This document shows positions 63,249 to 64,000 of a stretch of DNA of 64,000 bases, piece after piece. The notes under the pieces are model-generated. The model had not been told where the DNA came from. It worked only from the letters and a program-made list of their open reading frames with translations, and ran no database searches. Positions within the stretch are counted from its first letter, which is position 1, and each line of letters starts with the position of its first letter. This stretch comes from Ignavibacteriales bacterium (GTDB lineage: Bacteria; Bacteroidota; Ignavibacteria; UBA10030; UBA6906), in NCBI GenBank assembly GCA_037441705.1, contig JBBIRR010000021.1:1-64000 (forward strand). The letters are read 5' to 3'. The position numbers and the translations under genes are program-made.

Positions 63249-64000
63249 ATGCGATTACTCTGTTGCGTCCTCGTCGTTCTGAGCGCAAGCTTGCTCGTTT
63301 CGTGTGTTACCGTCAAGACGCCGGGAGGCGATGAGGATTACAGCGGGGATATTCGAGAGCTGCTGCGCCAGCTTGCAGCCAATCCCGAGGACCCGATCGC
63401 TTTGCGCGAAATCGGCATTCGGTACTTTCTCTCCAAGCAATTCGATCTTGCGAAGCTTCACCTCTTCCGTTCGTACATGCGTGCGGATGACGATCCGAAG
63501 ACGATCTTCTACTACGGGCTGACGCTGGAATATATGGGAGATGTGCAAGGCGCGCTTGCGATCTACATTCACTACTCGGATGTGTCGTCGTTCTCGCCCT
63601 ATCGCAAGCTGATCGAAGGCCGTTACCGCGCGCTAACGCGAGAGATGATCAAGCAGCAATTCCAATCCCTCCTTGTGAACGAACAACAGCTCGGTGCCGA
63701 ACGCATGTCGCCGAAGGCCGTTGCCGTCTTTCCGCTCACATATCAAGGCACGGATCCCAAGTACGAAGCCCTGGGCAAGGGCATCAGCGAGATGGTCATC
63801 ATTGATTTGGGACAGATCAAGAGCCTGACGCTGATCGAACGTATCCGTATTGAAGCGCTGCTGGAGGAACTGAAATTCGGGGAGTCGAAGTTTGTGGACC
63901 GTGGCACCGCACCGCGCCTCGGCAAACTGCTCAGCGCCGGAAGAGTCGTCTCGGGATCGTTCAACGTCAGCAACGAGAAGCTTCGCATGGACGTCGCCGC
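63249..64000 (+). CDS. Lipoprotein with TPRs and CsgG/HfaB-like domain (3' truncated by window edge; absent from the ORF track)
   Basis: Manual translation MRLLCCVLVVLSASLLVS-C...AVAVFPL...LGKGISEMVIIDL...LTLIERIRIEALLEE...APRLGKLLSAGRVVSGSF, open to base 64000. Confidence 0.85.
   Translation, partial: MRLLCCVLVVLSASLLVSCVTVKTPGGDEDYSGDIRELLRQLAANPEDPIALREIGIRYFLSKQFDLAKLHLFRSYMRADDDPKTIFYYGLTLEYMGDVQGALAIYIHYSDVSSFSPYRKLIEGRYRALTREMIKQQFQSLLVNEQQLGAERMSPKAVAVFPLTYQGTDPKYEALGKGISEMVIIDLGQIKSLTLIERIRIEALLEELKFGESKFVDRGTAPRLGKLLSAGRVVSGSFNVSNEKLRMDVA

Noticed and set aside
62168-64000. Curli biogenesis locus
   Set aside because: CsgG-like domains fused to TPRs are widespread, and no csgA/B/E/F-like genes are visible

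Overview
Gene-dense chromosomal window, almost entirely on the + strand. The T9SS C-terminal sorting domains (NYPNPFNP), PorV-like barrel and TTGACA-type promoter suggest an FCB-group bacterium, most likely Ignavibacteria-like (inference). Four blocks: (1) 1-10.5 kb: housekeeping and envelope genes (pyrC 3' end, two paralogous exported proteins, DUF4783-like protein, orphan NtrY-like histidine kinase, pgeF, a T9SS-secreted BNR beta-propeller). (2) 10.7-40.3 kb: a LacI-controlled polysaccharide utilisation locus, probably for beta-1,2-glucan (two GH144-like enzymes, GH94, GH3, GH2, an unclassified (alpha/alpha)6 enzyme, sugar ABC components). It has no SusD; a TonB receptor + large CTD protein + PorV-like barrel triplet occupies that position. 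(3) 40.3-43.6 kb: glmS, an enoyl-ACP reductase and tRNA-Phe. (4) 43.9 kb to beyond the window end: the most striking feature, a co-oriented and partly translationally coupled cluster that looks like a complete trans-envelope electron conduit wired to phospho-signalling. It encodes a tandem GlcG/HbpS lipoprotein, an outer-membrane barrel, a decaheme-LVIVD protein, a c554-like cytochrome with a CX6CH motif, a (cNMP)2-4x[4Fe-4S] protein, a 4-His membrane protein, a second membrane-anchored decaheme, an FHA-FHA adaptor, a flavoprotein-FHA-FHA-[2Fe-2S] fusion with a Cys-to-Asp ligand, a PP2C, a Ser/Thr kinase and two TPR-CsgG-like proteins. Several REP-like palindromic elements are present, one of them in frame inside a lipoprotein signal peptide. 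All family assignments come from motif recognition by eye; no searches were run.
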